DNA of 64,000 bases from Nitrospirota bacterium (GTDB lineage: Bacteria; Nitrospirota; UBA9217): the NCBI GenBank assembly GCA_963663225.1, contig OY760142.1:512001-576000 (forward strand), given 5' to 3'. The notes under the pieces were generated by a model that was given only the letters and a program-made list of their open reading frames with translations, was not told the DNA's origin and made no database searches. This document shows positions 30,074 to 40,575 of the stretch, one piece after another; within the stretch, counting starts at the first letter, position 1, and every line of letters begins with the position of its first letter. The position numbers were made by a program, and so were the translations under genes.

Positions 30074-30126
30074 TGGAGACTCCTTCCGAGGGGAGTCCGG
30101 TAATTCTCCGTCGCAGGTTTTGAAAT
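30074..30126. repeat. Structured intergenic element, copy 1
   Basis: TGGAG-[hairpin ACTCCTT-CCGA-GGGGAGT]-...ATTCTCCGTCGCAGGTTTTGAAAT; related to 34347-34438. Confidence 0.5.
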
Positions 30127-30157
30127 ACGATAGTGCGATTTAGCGTTTTTATGCATA

Positions 30158-32827
30158 CTACTGTTCGATGGCATCTCGAACTTTTTGCGACAATGCCGTC
30201 AGGGTAAACGGCTTCTGCAGGAAATGGACCCCTTCTTCCAGGACACCATGATGGCCGATCACATTCTGGCTGTATCCTGACATAAATAGGACTTTGAGGT
30301 CAGGGCGGCCGCGTTTGAGCAGTTCGTACAGCTCTTTTCCGTTCTTTTTGGGCATAATAACATCCGTCAAAAGCAGATCGATCCCGCCCGCATACCGCTC
30401 CAACGACGCAATGCAAGCATCCACATTTTCGGCCGACAGCACCTTGTAGCCAAGCTCTTCGAGCATCCTGCAGGCAAGTATCCGAACGGTTTCATTGTCC
30501 TCAACGACAAACACTGTTTTCCCTCCGGACGCACTCGTGGTGTTCACTGCCGGCGGATATGTGTCCGTTTTCTTTTCTTCTTCTGCAGTTCTCGGCAGAA
30601 AAACCTTAAAGGAACTTCCCCGGTCTTTTTCAGAATAAACATATATGTATCCACCGTGTTGTTTGACAATGCCGTACACAGTAGGAAGGCCAAGACCGCT
30701 TCCTTTCCCCTGTTCCTTCATGGTAAAGAACGGTTCAAAAATGTGCTGAATAGTTTCAGCTTCCATCCCCATCCCGGTATCACTTACGGACAGCATAACG
30801 TATGGTCCCGGGTTGACTTCCGGATGGGCAGATGCATACGAAGCGTCCAAGTCAGCGTTCGATGCTTCAATGCTCAAAGCCCCGCCCTCCGGCATGGCGT
30901 CCTGCGCATTGATGGCCAGATTCAGCAATACTTGTTCAATCTGGCCCTTGTCAGCACGCACCATTCCTAACGACGGCTGAATATTCATTCTAATTTCGAT
31001 ATTCTCCCGGATTGTGCGGTGGAGCATATGCTCGAATCCCAGAATAACATCTCCCAGGTTCAGCAGCTTCAATTCAAGCATTTGCTTTCGACTGAACGCA
31101 AGCAGCCGCTGTGTCACTTCTTTTGCCTTGTCAGCGGCCTGCTTGATTTGCTCAATCTTCGACCGTCGGGAATCTCCCTCCGGAAGGCCGATCATCAGCA
31201 GTTCGCTGTAACCGAGTATCGGCGTCAGCAGGTTGTTGAAGTCATGGGCCACACCTCCTGCCAGAAGCCCTACCGTCTCCATCTTCTGCGATTGAAACAG
31301 GCGGTCCTTGAGCTTCTGCTGCTCCGTTTCCGCGCGCTTTTGGTCCGTAATATCGCGGATGATTTCGATGGCTCCTGCAAGATTGCCGTGGCTGTCAAAT
31401 AATCGCGAAATTTTTCCCCAAAGAATTCGTTGTTTCCCGGACAAAGAGACAGTGCCTTCCGCTATCAGAGAGTTTCCTTCCCGCTTTACATAATCATACT
31501 TTGTCTCAGTTTGCAAATCAGGAGAAAATACAAGGTCAATCAAGGCCGGGCGACGGATTCCGTAAAACGGAATTGCGTATTCATAATTTCCCTTCCCCAG
31601 CATCTTTTCCGCGGTTGTGCCGGTCATCTCTTCAAGGGCCCGGTTCCAGGCAATGACCTTCCCTTCCCTGTCTATGGCGAAAGTCGCGTCCGGTAGAAAG
31701 TCTATAATCTCGAACAGTCTCTTTTCCGATTCTCGCAACGCTTCTTCCGCCCGTCTGCGCTCTGCGATAAATCGTGCCTGCTGTACATTCTGATATGCTT
31801 TCAGGGACAGTTCATTGACCAGCAAAAACAGCATGCGGGCGATTTTCTTAAACTGGCCGCTCGACATGGCAGGGACTTCCTGCAGCGCCGCGCGAAATTC
31901 GTTTTCTTCAACGCCGATTTCAACGGCATGTTGGATTATTTTTTCCTCATCAACCTCTTCATTTTTTACCTGCCCCATAATCCAATTGGCTACATGCTTT
32001 CCTCCCACGGTAATGCTCGCACCTGCATTCCAAAGACCGGCACTCAGACAAAGCTGGATATTCGGACCGTCCGGATTGTGCCGGCCTATGATCGCGTCTG
32101 AATGAAAACAATTACTCCGTCCTTTCTCTGTTTTTCGAACAATTTCCCTGCATAAACGGCAGAAGTTACTCGGCCGTGTAATTGGAGTCCCGTCCGGTTT
32201 GGTGATAATTGATGATACGTTGTTTGCTTCGGCAAAAGCGTCCTGTATGCTTTGGATTTCTTCAATATTAAACAAATCGGTAAACGAAATATTTGCCGCG
32301 TCATCAAGCGGCTTTATCAATGCGACAAGGCGTCTATGCAGGGTGTCTTCCGCGCGTCTGCGCTCCGTGGCATCGCGCGCTACAAGCACTGCATAATCCG
32401 CACCGCTGAAGGACACTTGCTTGACTGTCATTTCAATCGGAATGTTGTCCCCGTCGCGTTTGCGAAATTCGGAAAGCACGACAATTCCCTCTCCCTGGTA
32501 GTCGCCTGCATTCGTAAAAAAGATATGGATCTTTTCCGCGGCATCAGACGGAAGAAGAGCGCTTAACGGCTGGGCCAGCAATTCTTTGCGAGAATATCCC
32601 AGTTGCCGGCAGGTGGAGGCGTTTACGTCAACAAGATGTCCGGAAGGTAGTTCGATCAGCAGTATGGCGTCCTGACTCTGGTCCAGCAGGGCCCTGAAGC
32701 GCTCCAGTTCCGCATGTTGCTGTTGGAGCTCCGGGTAATAGCTTTTCCGGATGGACCGTTCTCCGAGGCCGATGATTTTGTCACGAGTGCTTTCCTTGTC
32801 GGAATGAGGATCAGATGGCTTTTTCAT
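30158..32827 (-). CDS. ErcS-like cytoplasmic hybrid kinase: PAS-PocR-PAS-HisKA-HATPase-REC
   Basis: N-terminal 'IIGLGERSIRKSYYPELQ'; PocR 'SNFCRLC...C..SD...CLSAGL'; overlaps the ercA-like stop. Confidence 0.88.
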   Translation of the reverse strand: MKKPSDPHSDKESTRDKIIGLGERSIRKSYYPELQQQHAELERFRALLDQSQDAILLIELPSGHLVDVNASTCRQLGYSRKELLAQPLSALLPSDAAEKIHIFFTNAGDYQGEGIVVLSEFRKRDGDNIPIEMTVKQVSFSGADYAVLVARDATERRRAEDTLHRRLVALIKPLDDAANISFTDLFNIEEIQSIQDAFAEANNVSSIITKPDGTPITRPSNFCRLCREIVRKTEKGRSNCFHSDAIIGRHNPDGPNIQLCLSAGLWNAGASITVGGKHVANWIMGQVKNEEVDEEKIIQHAVEIGVEENEFRAALQEVPAMSSGQFKKIARMLFLLVNELSLKAYQNVQQARFIAERRRAEEALRESEKRLFEIIDFLPDATFAIDREGKVIAWNRALEEMTGTTAEKMLGKGNYEYAIPFYGIRRPALIDLVFSPDLQTETKYDYVKREGNSLIAEGTVSLSGKQRILWGKISRLFDSHGNLAGAIEIIRDITDQKRAETEQQKLKDRLFQSQKMETVGLLAGGVAHDFNNLLTPILGYSELLMIGLPEGDSRRSKIEQIKQAADKAKEVTQRLLAFSRKQMLELKLLNLGDVILGFEHMLHRTIRENIEIRMNIQPSLGMVRADKGQIEQVLLNLAINAQDAMPEGGALSIEASNADLDASYASAHPEVNPGPYVMLSVSDTGMGMEAETIQHIFEPFFTMKEQGKGSGLGLPTVYGIVKQHGGYIYVYSEKDRGSSFKVFLPRTAEEEKKTDTYPPAVNTTSASGGKTVFVVEDNETVRILACRMLEELGYKVLSAENVDACIASLERYAGGIDLLLTDVIMPKKNGKELYELLKRGRPDLKVLFMSGYSQNVIGHHGVLEEGVHFLQKPFTLTALSQKVRDAIEQ

Positions 32828-33959
32828 AGATCCCCTCGATCTCTTGCCGGGTCAAGCGGCGTGGGTTGGTCACGATGCAGGCGTCATGCATTGCTTTTTC
32901 GGACAGATCGGGAATGTTGTTCCTCGCCAGCCCCATTTCACCGAGCTTTTTGGTGATGCCTGCTTCTCGCTGCAGCCGGGTTATTCCTTCTATCAGGACG
33001 GATTTTGCATCACTTGCCGGCAGACCCATGGCTTTCCCTATCTGTACATATCGGTCGGCAGCAGCGTTAAAATTAGCTTCAATGACATACGGCAACAGGA
33101 TGGCATTGGCCTCCCCATGGGCAAAGTCCAGAAAACCTCCCAGACTGTGGGCCAACGCATGAACGGCGCCCAGGCTGGCGTTTGAAAACGCCAGCCCCGC
33201 ATACAAGCTTGCGAGCATCATATGGCTTCGTATCTGCTGATCATCCGGCTGTTTTATCGCGGGTACGAGATACGCTGTCACCAGCCGGATGGCTTCCAGT
33301 GCGTGCAGATCGGTAATGGGAAAATGGGCATTGGAGACATACGCCTCAATTGCATGGACCAGCGCGTCCATGCCTGTCGCCGCAGTAAGACAGGCGTCCA
33401 TGGTTGTCGTGGTTTCAGGATCGATAAGGGAAACATCAGGCACAACGGTTTTGCTGATAATAGCTATTTTTACCCTGCGCCGCGCATCGGTTATTATAGC
33501 GAACTGGGAAAGGTCGGCGGAACTTCCTGCGGTTGTCGGAATGCAGATAAGCGGCGGTCCCGGAACCGGAACTTCATCAACTCCTTCAAAGGACAGAATA
33601 TTGTTCTTGTTTGAGCTGACGATGCCGATGCCCTTGGCGCAATCCATGGGGCTTCCGCCGCCTACGGCCACTATTGCGTTGCAGTCCTCATTCTGATAGG
33701 CTTGCGCTCCGGCCATCACTTCTTCTGCCTTCGGGTTTTCGGTAACCTGTGAAAAGCAAATGCATACAATTCCTTCCGCCTCCAGGCTTTCCATTACCTG
33801 CTGTGTCCATCCGGCAGACATAACTCCGGGATCAGTCACCACAAGCACTCTGCGAGCTCCGAGGTTTTTTGCATAACGGCCGGCAAGATGTCGCCCTCCT
33901 GTTCCAAAAATGAATTCAGGCGCAACAAACTTTCGTAATTCCAAAGTATCGGATGGCAT
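32811..33959 (-). CDS. ercA: Iron-containing alcohol dehydrogenase-like regulatory protein
   Basis: 'ELRKFVAPEFIFG', 'GGGSPMDCAKGI', 'GMDALVHAIEAY', 'H.LAH.LGG..D..HG'. Confidence 0.85.
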   Translation of the reverse strand: MPSDTLELRKFVAPEFIFGTGGRHLAGRYAKNLGARRVLVVTDPGVMSAGWTQQVMESLEAEGIVCICFSQVTENPKAEEVMAGAQAYQNEDCNAIVAVGGGSPMDCAKGIGIVSSNKNNILSFEGVDEVPVPGPPLICIPTTAGSSADLSQFAIITDARRRVKIAIISKTVVPDVSLIDPETTTTMDACLTAATGMDALVHAIEAYVSNAHFPITDLHALEAIRLVTAYLVPAIKQPDDQQIRSHMMLASLYAGLAFSNASLGAVHALAHSLGGFLDFAHGEANAILLPYVIEANFNAAADRYVQIGKAMGLPASDAKSVLIEGITRLQREAGITKKLGEMGLARNNIPDLSEKAMHDACIVTNPRRLTRQEIEGIYEKAI

Positions 33960-34346
33960 ATGCTATCCCCCTCTGCAGACAAGGAATATTATTTAATCTT
34001 TTGTCAATCTCCCTCTTTTTGCCGGTAGTGCACTATGGTCTCTGCGGCTTTATTTCTCATTTACTTTTAATAGGTTACTACTTATCCCTGAACGACAGGT
34101 AAAACTCTCTCTGTAGTTGTTGCTACGGCAGGCTAAAAAAATGGCAGGAACTATTTGCATGAATTGTCGTTTGTTCCCGCCGGAAACTGCAATTACTTTT
34201 GAGAGAACGCATTTCTTTTTAAATATAGCAAAATTTTGATTTTTCCGTAGTTTTTTTTTGAATAAATACTTTTTTTGGTAATTTTGACAATTATTGTCTT
34301 TCAGCATATCTGATGGAAATTCGCTTGTAATTTGAGGTAATACGAA

Positions 34347-34438
34347 TGGAGTCACCACCGGCAGGATCGGAAGATCCTTCGACAAAGGCGACCTTCCTCG
34401 CAAGAAGTCGAGGGATTCCCTGTCGCAGGGATTGAAGT
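34347..34438. repeat. Structured intergenic element, copy 2
   Basis: TGGAG-[two hairpins]-ATTCCCTGTCGCAGGGATTGAAGT; 19 of 24 terminal nt match copy 1. Confidence 0.5.
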
Positions 34439-34468
34439 GTTATATATTTTTTTGCGATCTTCGGATCT

Positions 34469-37400
34469 TTATTGCCCTTGTAAAATTTTCGCCACTTGAT
34501 CGGTCAGCTCATGAACGCGATATGGTTTTGAGACGACCCCTATAAATCCGTAGTCACGGTAGTTGGACAGAATAGAATCATTGGAATAACCGCTGGAAAC
34601 AATTGCCTTTACATTCGGGTCGATATTGATAAGTTCCTGTACGGTTTCTTTGCCTCCCATGCCGCCAGGAATGGTCAGGTCCATAATAACCACATCGAAG
34701 GATTTTTTTGATTGCATTGCCTGTACATATTTATTGATAGCTTCGGTACCGTCTTTTGCAAAATCGGTTTCATAACCGAAATAATTGAGCATCGCCCCTG
34801 CCACCTGCCTGATAATCTCTTCATCGTCCATGATGAGAACTCTGCCCTTGCCGGAGTCCATTTTCATTTCTTTTTCCTGCGACGGCGATTTGGCGGCTTG
34901 CAATTCGCTGGCAGGAAGATAGAAGCTAAAGAGAGTTCCCAATCCGACCTTGGACTCAACATTAATGTGCCCGTCGTGCTTTTTTATGATGGAGTAGACC
35001 GTGGCAAGACCCAGACCGGTGCCTTTTTCTTTTGTTGTAAAATAAGGATCAAAAACTTTTGCAATATCTTCTTGCGAAATACCCATGCCCTGGTCTTGTA
35101 TGACCACCTTCACGTACTGCCCGTGCTTTAATGCTGCGGCATTGTCTTCGCTGATCACTGCGTTTTCACAAGTCATGCGTATGACACCGCCGTTAGGCAT
35201 TGCCTGATCAGCATTAATCACAAGATTGCTGATGACCTGGCCGATCTGGCTTTTGTCCGCCTTTACCGACCAGAGGTTGTCAGGAATTAAAAATTCGCAT
35301 TTGGTTTTTGAGCCGCTCAATGACAGCTCAGTATATGTTTTTATCGCTTCTGCAAGATTGATTGTTTTAAGGACAGGTTCTCCTCCTTTTGCAAACGTTA
35401 TGAGCCTTTGGGTCAGATCTTTCGCCCCTAAAGAGGCCTTTTCTGCCGCATCAAGGCATTCCAAAATCCTCTCCCGGGGAGACAGCTTTGCCAGCGAAAT
35501 ATTGCCGAGAATTGCGGTCAGCAGATTATTAAAATCATGCGCTATGCCGCCGGCAAGCAATCCGATGGACTCCATCTTCTGACTCCGCAAAATTTCTTCT
35601 TCCATTTTCTTCCTATCCGTGATGTCACGGATGGATTCGATTGCTCCAATAACGGCTCCGGAGGAATCGTACAATGGCCCCGCCACGCCGAACATGTATG
35701 CCGCGCCGCGTTTGATGTTTTGCGTATACCCTTCACCGGTAACGATCATGCCGTTTCGTCCGATATAGGGATACAGCTCCTCCACTTCTTTGGACGACTT
35801 GAGCACCAGGTCAATCAACATGGGCCGCCGAATGCCGTAAAACGGAATGGAAATTTCGGAATTGCCTTTGCCGAGAATATCCTGCGCTTTCTTCCCTGTA
35901 TACTCTTCCGCGGCTCTGTTCCACAGAATAACCTCCCCTTTAAGATTAATGGCAAACGTCGGGTCCGGCAGAAAGTTGATAATTTCCGACAAGCGTTTTT
36001 CCGAATTTTTGAGAGACTCATTTAGCTTTTTTCGTTCAGTGATATCGATATTGACTCCTTCAATGAACGGGCTGCTTCTCATTTCTTCCTGCACCAGACG
36101 GGCGCTGACCGACATCCATATTTTCTCCTTGTCCTTGCGGTACACCTGCACTTCATATCCGGTCACTGAGCCATGTTCTAGAACGGCTGCACAATAATTA
36201 TCGTAATCCTCCGGGCGAACATAGAGCTCGTTGCGCATATCATGCAGGCATCCCAGAAGATCCTCGGGAGAATCGTATCCCAACATCCGGGCCTGAGCGG
36301 GATTCACACTCAAATAGCGTCCATCAAGAGAACTTTGGTAAATTCCTTCCCGTGCGTTTTCAAAAATGCTCTTATATTTTGCCTCGCTTTGGTGCAGTCC
36401 TTCAATGGTGCTTTTGAGCTTTGCAGTCATGATATTGAATGCGGAGGCCAGGGCTCCCACTTCGTCGCGGGATCGCACCTCAACTCTCTGGTCCAGATCT
36501 CCCTGTACAATGGTTTCAACTGCCCGGGTCATCTCTCTGACGGGACGGGCAATTGTCATGGCTGTAAAGATTCCGAGCAGTATCATCAGCGTGATGATAA
36601 TAGTCCCCGCGGTGACCATGGTACCGGTCATGCGATATCTGCCATCGGTCAGAATTTTCTGATACGATTGAAGTTCCTCCTCGTTGACACTGGCTCCAAT
36701 AATCCAGTCCCAGGGAGCATAATAAGCAATGCGGGCAACTTTCCAGTGCGGCTCCGCATCATCGCTGTTTTTCCAGCGATACCGTACCGTAGCCAATTCA
36801 CCGGGCTGCAGAGCGATGGCTTTATTAATAATTTCCTGAATCACGTAGCGGCTATCACTGTCCTTGACCTTCCAGACATCTTCCCCGTCGCGTTCACCCC
36901 GGAGAGAAATGACATAGCGGCCACGGCCTTCACCTTTTCCGCCCAGAACGTAGACGTATCCGGTCCGGCCGACTTTCGTCTGCAGGATGGCTTTGCGAAT
37001 GCGTGATTCAACGGTTTTTTGCTTAACGCCGACATACAGCATTCCCACCAGATAGCCGTTTCTGTCCTTGATCGGTTCATAGGCGGTCAGATACCACGCA
37101 TCCACGACAAACGCACGGCCATGATACGTCTTGCCCGACAGAATTGCTGAAATAACGGGATTGGGTGCGCCGTCTGGATTTACGGCAGGAATGTACGTTC
37201 CAATAGCCCGTTTCCCCTGCGCAGTCGTGACCGTGGTTGCGATGCGCAGCATGTCCCCCTGCTTGTTCATGCGTTGAAACAAGGTGGACGTTTCTCCGAC
37301 CCAATGCACGACATCGTCTATCACAGCGGTTTTAACAGCTGGACTTGTGTTCTGTCCCAGCCATTGGCCGCCCACCAGCATCTTGGGTAATTGGATACTA

Positions 37401-37744
37401 CGCCGTTTATTGGTAAACTGATCGACAGCAGTCCACATCACGTTTTCGTCTGCCAGAGTTACTTCGCCGGTGTCTTTAAGAATATGCCGTGCGACATTAA
37501 GGTTCACATCGAGTTGCTGCTGTACAGCGTCATTTTCAGTTTGAACGAGATAGGATGTTCCCAGCGTAATATGGTCCAGGTCGGCGTCAATCAATGCGTC
37601 AACTTTGCTCTGCGCAAGATTGTTGTATTGTGTGCTCTGCCATGTTGCCAGGATGATCAGAGCACATACGGTAATAAGAACGCTGACTGCACCCAGCAGC
37701 GCTATCTTGGCGCTCAGGTTGAAATTTTTAGTAAAGTCCATCAT
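34469..37744 (-). CDS. Hybrid histidine kinase: Cache3/Cache2-HAMP-2xPAS-HisKA-HATPase-REC
   Basis: 'GDMLRIATTV...RAIGTYIP...YLTAYEPI', 'AHDFNNLL', 'MDLTIPGG'. Confidence 0.92.
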   Translation of the reverse strand: MMDFTKNFNLSAKIALLGAVSVLITVCALIILATWQSTQYNNLAQSKVDALIDADLDHITLGTSYLVQTENDAVQQQLDVNLNVARHILKDTGEVTLADENVMWTAVDQFTNKRRSIQLPKMLVGGQWLGQNTSPAVKTAVIDDVVHWVGETSTLFQRMNKQGDMLRIATTVTTAQGKRAIGTYIPAVNPDGAPNPVISAILSGKTYHGRAFVVDAWYLTAYEPIKDRNGYLVGMLYVGVKQKTVESRIRKAILQTKVGRTGYVYVLGGKGEGRGRYVISLRGERDGEDVWKVKDSDSRYVIQEIINKAIALQPGELATVRYRWKNSDDAEPHWKVARIAYYAPWDWIIGASVNEEELQSYQKILTDGRYRMTGTMVTAGTIIITLMILLGIFTAMTIARPVREMTRAVETIVQGDLDQRVEVRSRDEVGALASAFNIMTAKLKSTIEGLHQSEAKYKSIFENAREGIYQSSLDGRYLSVNPAQARMLGYDSPEDLLGCLHDMRNELYVRPEDYDNYCAAVLEHGSVTGYEVQVYRKDKEKIWMSVSARLVQEEMRSSPFIEGVNIDITERKKLNESLKNSEKRLSEIINFLPDPTFAINLKGEVILWNRAAEEYTGKKAQDILGKGNSEISIPFYGIRRPMLIDLVLKSSKEVEELYPYIGRNGMIVTGEGYTQNIKRGAAYMFGVAGPLYDSSGAVIGAIESIRDITDRKKMEEEILRSQKMESIGLLAGGIAHDFNNLLTAILGNISLAKLSPRERILECLDAAEKASLGAKDLTQRLITFAKGGEPVLKTINLAEAIKTYTELSLSGSKTKCEFLIPDNLWSVKADKSQIGQVISNLVINADQAMPNGGVIRMTCENAVISEDNAAALKHGQYVKVVIQDQGMGISQEDIAKVFDPYFTTKEKGTGLGLATVYSIIKKHDGHINVESKVGLGTLFSFYLPASELQAAKSPSQEKEMKMDSGKGRVLIMDDEEIIRQVAGAMLNYFGYETDFAKDGTEAINKYVQAMQSKKSFDVVIMDLTIPGGMGGKETVQELINIDPNVKAIVSSGYSNDSILSNYRDYGFIGVVSKPYRVHELTDQVAKILQGQ

Positions 37745-38031
37745 AGCGTTACCGTATAAGGGAGCTCTTCCTCCTGCTTATTTTAAAATATATCACTTCC
37801 GTAAAGTATGGATAAGATCCGCATACTCCTTAAGTAATACTAAAACAACATCTGCTTTTCCGCTCCGACAGAACACGTTTTTTCTCTCGTTGCTGCATAT
37901 GTTACTTATCGGCATTATCGCTTTTTTATTAAGATAGGAGGGAAATTGATCGCTTTCCGATACACCGTTGCAAAAATCATATGGCGGTCTCAAGAGGGTT
38001 TCTGAGAAAAACCGAAATGGCCGTCGAAAAC

Positions 38032-38054
38032 AAAAAAGCCCCGCGTGGGGGCTT
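38032..38054 (-). terminator. Rho-independent terminator of the ilv-leuA operon
   Basis: Minus strand AAGCCCC-CACGC-GGGGCTT-TTTT. Confidence 0.75.
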
Positions 38055-38131
38055 GTGTCAGGATTTTTTGGAGACAAACGAAAGGGGAATAAGCCAATCA
38101 GCCGGAAAAAAATAATTTCGAGGAAATCACG

Positions 38132-39676
38132 TCAAGCGTCTTTCTCTCCGCCTTTTTTCCAGTATTCGAGCTTATTCAGTGCATTGACATATGCCTTGGC
38201 GCTCGCCACGATGATATCCGTGTCCGAGCCGTGGCCGGCAACCCGTTTACCCGCTTCTTCCACTTTTACCGTCACCTCGCCTAAAGCATCTGTTCCTCCC
38301 GTAATGCCCTTGACCAGATAGGCATTAAGCTGGCTTTTCGTCTTCGTGATTGCTGCAATAGTCCGGTAAACCGCATCAACCGGTCCGTCACCCTGTTCGG
38401 TCTGTTTTATTGTTTTCCCATCGACTTCCATTTCGACGGTGGCCGTGGGAGTGGTGCCCGTACCGCTTTCGGCGTGCAAGGACTTCAGAACATAGATTTC
38501 AATCATCTGTTTTGTTTTATCGGAGATAATGGCTTCAATGTCCTCGTTATACACTTCCTTCTTTTTGTCGGCAACCGCAAGAAAAGCTTCGTACACTTTT
38601 TCGAAATCGGCATCCGGCATCTCATATCCGAGTTCAGTAATACGGTGCCGGAGAGCGTGTCGGCCGGAACGCGCGGTAAGAACGATGGACGATCCCCCCA
38701 CGCCGACATCCGCCGGATCAATGATTTCATACGTTGAGCGCTCTTTGAGCACCCCGTCCTGATGAATTCCCGATGAGTGAGCGAAGGCGTTCGTCCCCAC
38801 AATGGCCTTATTGGGCTGTACCGCGATTCCGGTAATCGAGGCCACAAGCCGCGAGGTGCGCATGATCTCCTTGGTGTTGATTCGTGTGTCCGCGCCGAAA
38901 TATTCGCTGCGCTGGCGCAAAGCCATGACGACTTCTTCCATCGCGCAGTTTCCGGCGCGCTCCCCGATGCCGTTCACCGTGCACTCAACTTGTCCAACGC
39001 CGTTTTTAACACCGGCAAGGGCGTTTGCCGTTGCCATGCCAAGATCATTATGGCAGTGAACGGATATGGTGATCTTGTCGATACCGGGTACATTTTCGCG
39101 AAGGCCGCGTATAAGCGCTCCGAATTCCTCCGGGCAGGTATATCCGGTCGTATCCGGGATATTCACTACGGTTGCTCCTGCCTTGATTGCGACTTCTATC
39201 ATGCGGTACAGGAAAAGAGGGTCGGAACGGCCGGCGTCCTCGGCGTAAAATTCAACATCTTCAACAAAAGAACGTGCGAGTTTGACGGCGTTTTTCGCCA
39301 GATCAAGCGCCTCTTCGCGGCTGATCCGGAACTTGTATTTCAGATGATTGTCGGACACCCCGATGCCCGTATGAATGCGGGGGCGCTTTGCCGTTGACAG
39401 CGCATCCGCCGCAACTTCAATGTCCCTGGGTATGGCGCGCGACAGGCCGCAGACGATTACGGAATCCCCCACCTCTGCACCGATTTTTCGTACACTTTCG
39501 AAATCACCGGGGCTGGAAATGGGAAATCCCGCCTCGATGATATCAACTCCGAGCCGCACAAGCTGGCGGGCAAGTTCGATTTTTTCCGCGGTATTCATGC
39601 TTGCGCCCGGCGATTGTTCGCCGTCGCGAAGTGTCGTATCAAAAATTTGGACTATGCGGTTCATCAGGACCTCCAT
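38132..39676 (-). CDS. leuA: 2-isopropylmalate synthase
   Basis: '[14 protein letters not shown]', 'HCHNDLG', 'H.SGIHQDG', regulatory domain 'GDGPVDA'. Confidence 0.97.
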   Translation of the reverse strand: MEVLMNRIVQIFDTTLRDGEQSPGASMNTAEKIELARQLVRLGVDIIEAGFPISSPGDFESVRKIGAEVGDSVIVCGLSRAIPRDIEVAADALSTAKRPRIHTGIGVSDNHLKYKFRISREEALDLAKNAVKLARSFVEDVEFYAEDAGRSDPLFLYRMIEVAIKAGATVVNIPDTTGYTCPEEFGALIRGLRENVPGIDKITISVHCHNDLGMATANALAGVKNGVGQVECTVNGIGERAGNCAMEEVVMALRQRSEYFGADTRINTKEIMRTSRLVASITGIAVQPNKAIVGTNAFAHSSGIHQDGVLKERSTYEIIDPADVGVGGSSIVLTARSGRHALRHRITELGYEMPDADFEKVYEAFLAVADKKKEVYNEDIEAIISDKTKQMIEIYVLKSLHAESGTGTTPTATVEMEVDGKTIKQTEQGDGPVDAVYRTIAAITKTKSQLNAYLVKGITGGTDALGEVTVKVEEAGKRVAGHGSDTDIIVASAKAYVNALNKLEYWKKGGEKDA

Positions 39677-39825
39677 GCATGCGCGGCATGCCGTACCAAT
39701 ACTCTCAGGTACATCAATGAAAATATCCGGAAAGAAAACGTCGTATTAAAGACTGGGGAGCCTCAGACACTTGCCAGAGTGTGTTTACGGGATCGAATCA
39801 TCCGCGGCGGCCGTTGTCGCCCACA

Positions 39826-40575
39826 CTAAGGAACAGCCGGCTTCTGCCGGCGCACCAGCTTATAGAGCGCTTCCACGAGGCCTGCTGCGACATAGAGGAT
39901 CAGAACCAGAAAGAGAACAATGGCTGGATGGTATGCCACGACCACTAGAAAAACGGCAATGGCGACAAGAATACCGAACGGACGCCGTTCCCGTAAATTC
40001 GCTTCTTTCAGGCCATGGTACGTGATGTTGCTTACCATAAGAGCGGCCACAAGACAGGTCAGTGCCAGCACCCAATAATCCTTGCCCGCCATCTCGGCCA
40101 GCTGCACCAGTTTGAAATTGATAAGAATCTCGATAATTTCTTCATAGGCAAGAACGGTCGTGACAACCATCAAGGCTGCTGCCGGTGAAGGGAGACCCGT
40201 AAAATGCTTTTTTTCGGTGCTGCCCATCTGGACGTTGAACCGGGCAAGGCGGAGTGCGGCACAGGCGACCAGAAAAAACGACCCAAGCCATCCGATTCGT
40301 CCAAAGGATGACAGCGACCACGTATATACAAGAATGCCGGGGGCGACCCCGAAGGAGATTACATCGGAGAGCGAGTCGATCTCAATGCCGAATCGCGTTG
40401 CCGTATGGGTGATTCTGGCGACCCAGCCGTCCAAAACGTCAAAGATGGAGGCAACCAGAATTGCCCATGCTGCGCGCTCATAATCGGAATTCAGGGAAGC
40501 CACAATCGAATAAAAGCCTGAAAACATGCTCAACAGCGTTATGAGGTTGGGAAGTATATAGATTCCTTTTCTCAT
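39826..40575 (-). CDS. pssA: CDP-diacylglycerol--serine O-phosphatidyltransferase
   Basis: 'LPNLIT', 'D.LDG.VAR...FG.E.DSL.D.ISFGVAP'. Confidence 0.95.
   Translation of the reverse strand: MRKGIYILPNLITLLSMFSGFYSIVASLNSDYERAAWAILVASIFDVLDGWVARITHTATRFGIEIDSLSDVISFGVAPGILVYTWSLSSFGRIGWLGSFFLVACAALRLARFNVQMGSTEKKHFTGLPSPAAALMVVTTVLAYEEIIEILINFKLVQLAEMAGKDYWVLALTCLVAALMVSNITYHGLKEANLRERRPFGILVAIAVFLVVVAYHPAIVLFLVLILYVAAGLVEALYKLVRRQKPAVP

Noticed and set aside
34141-34160. Sigma-54 promoter (TGGCA...TTGCA)
   Set aside because: The GG-to-GC spacing is 12 not 10, and it points away from ercA.
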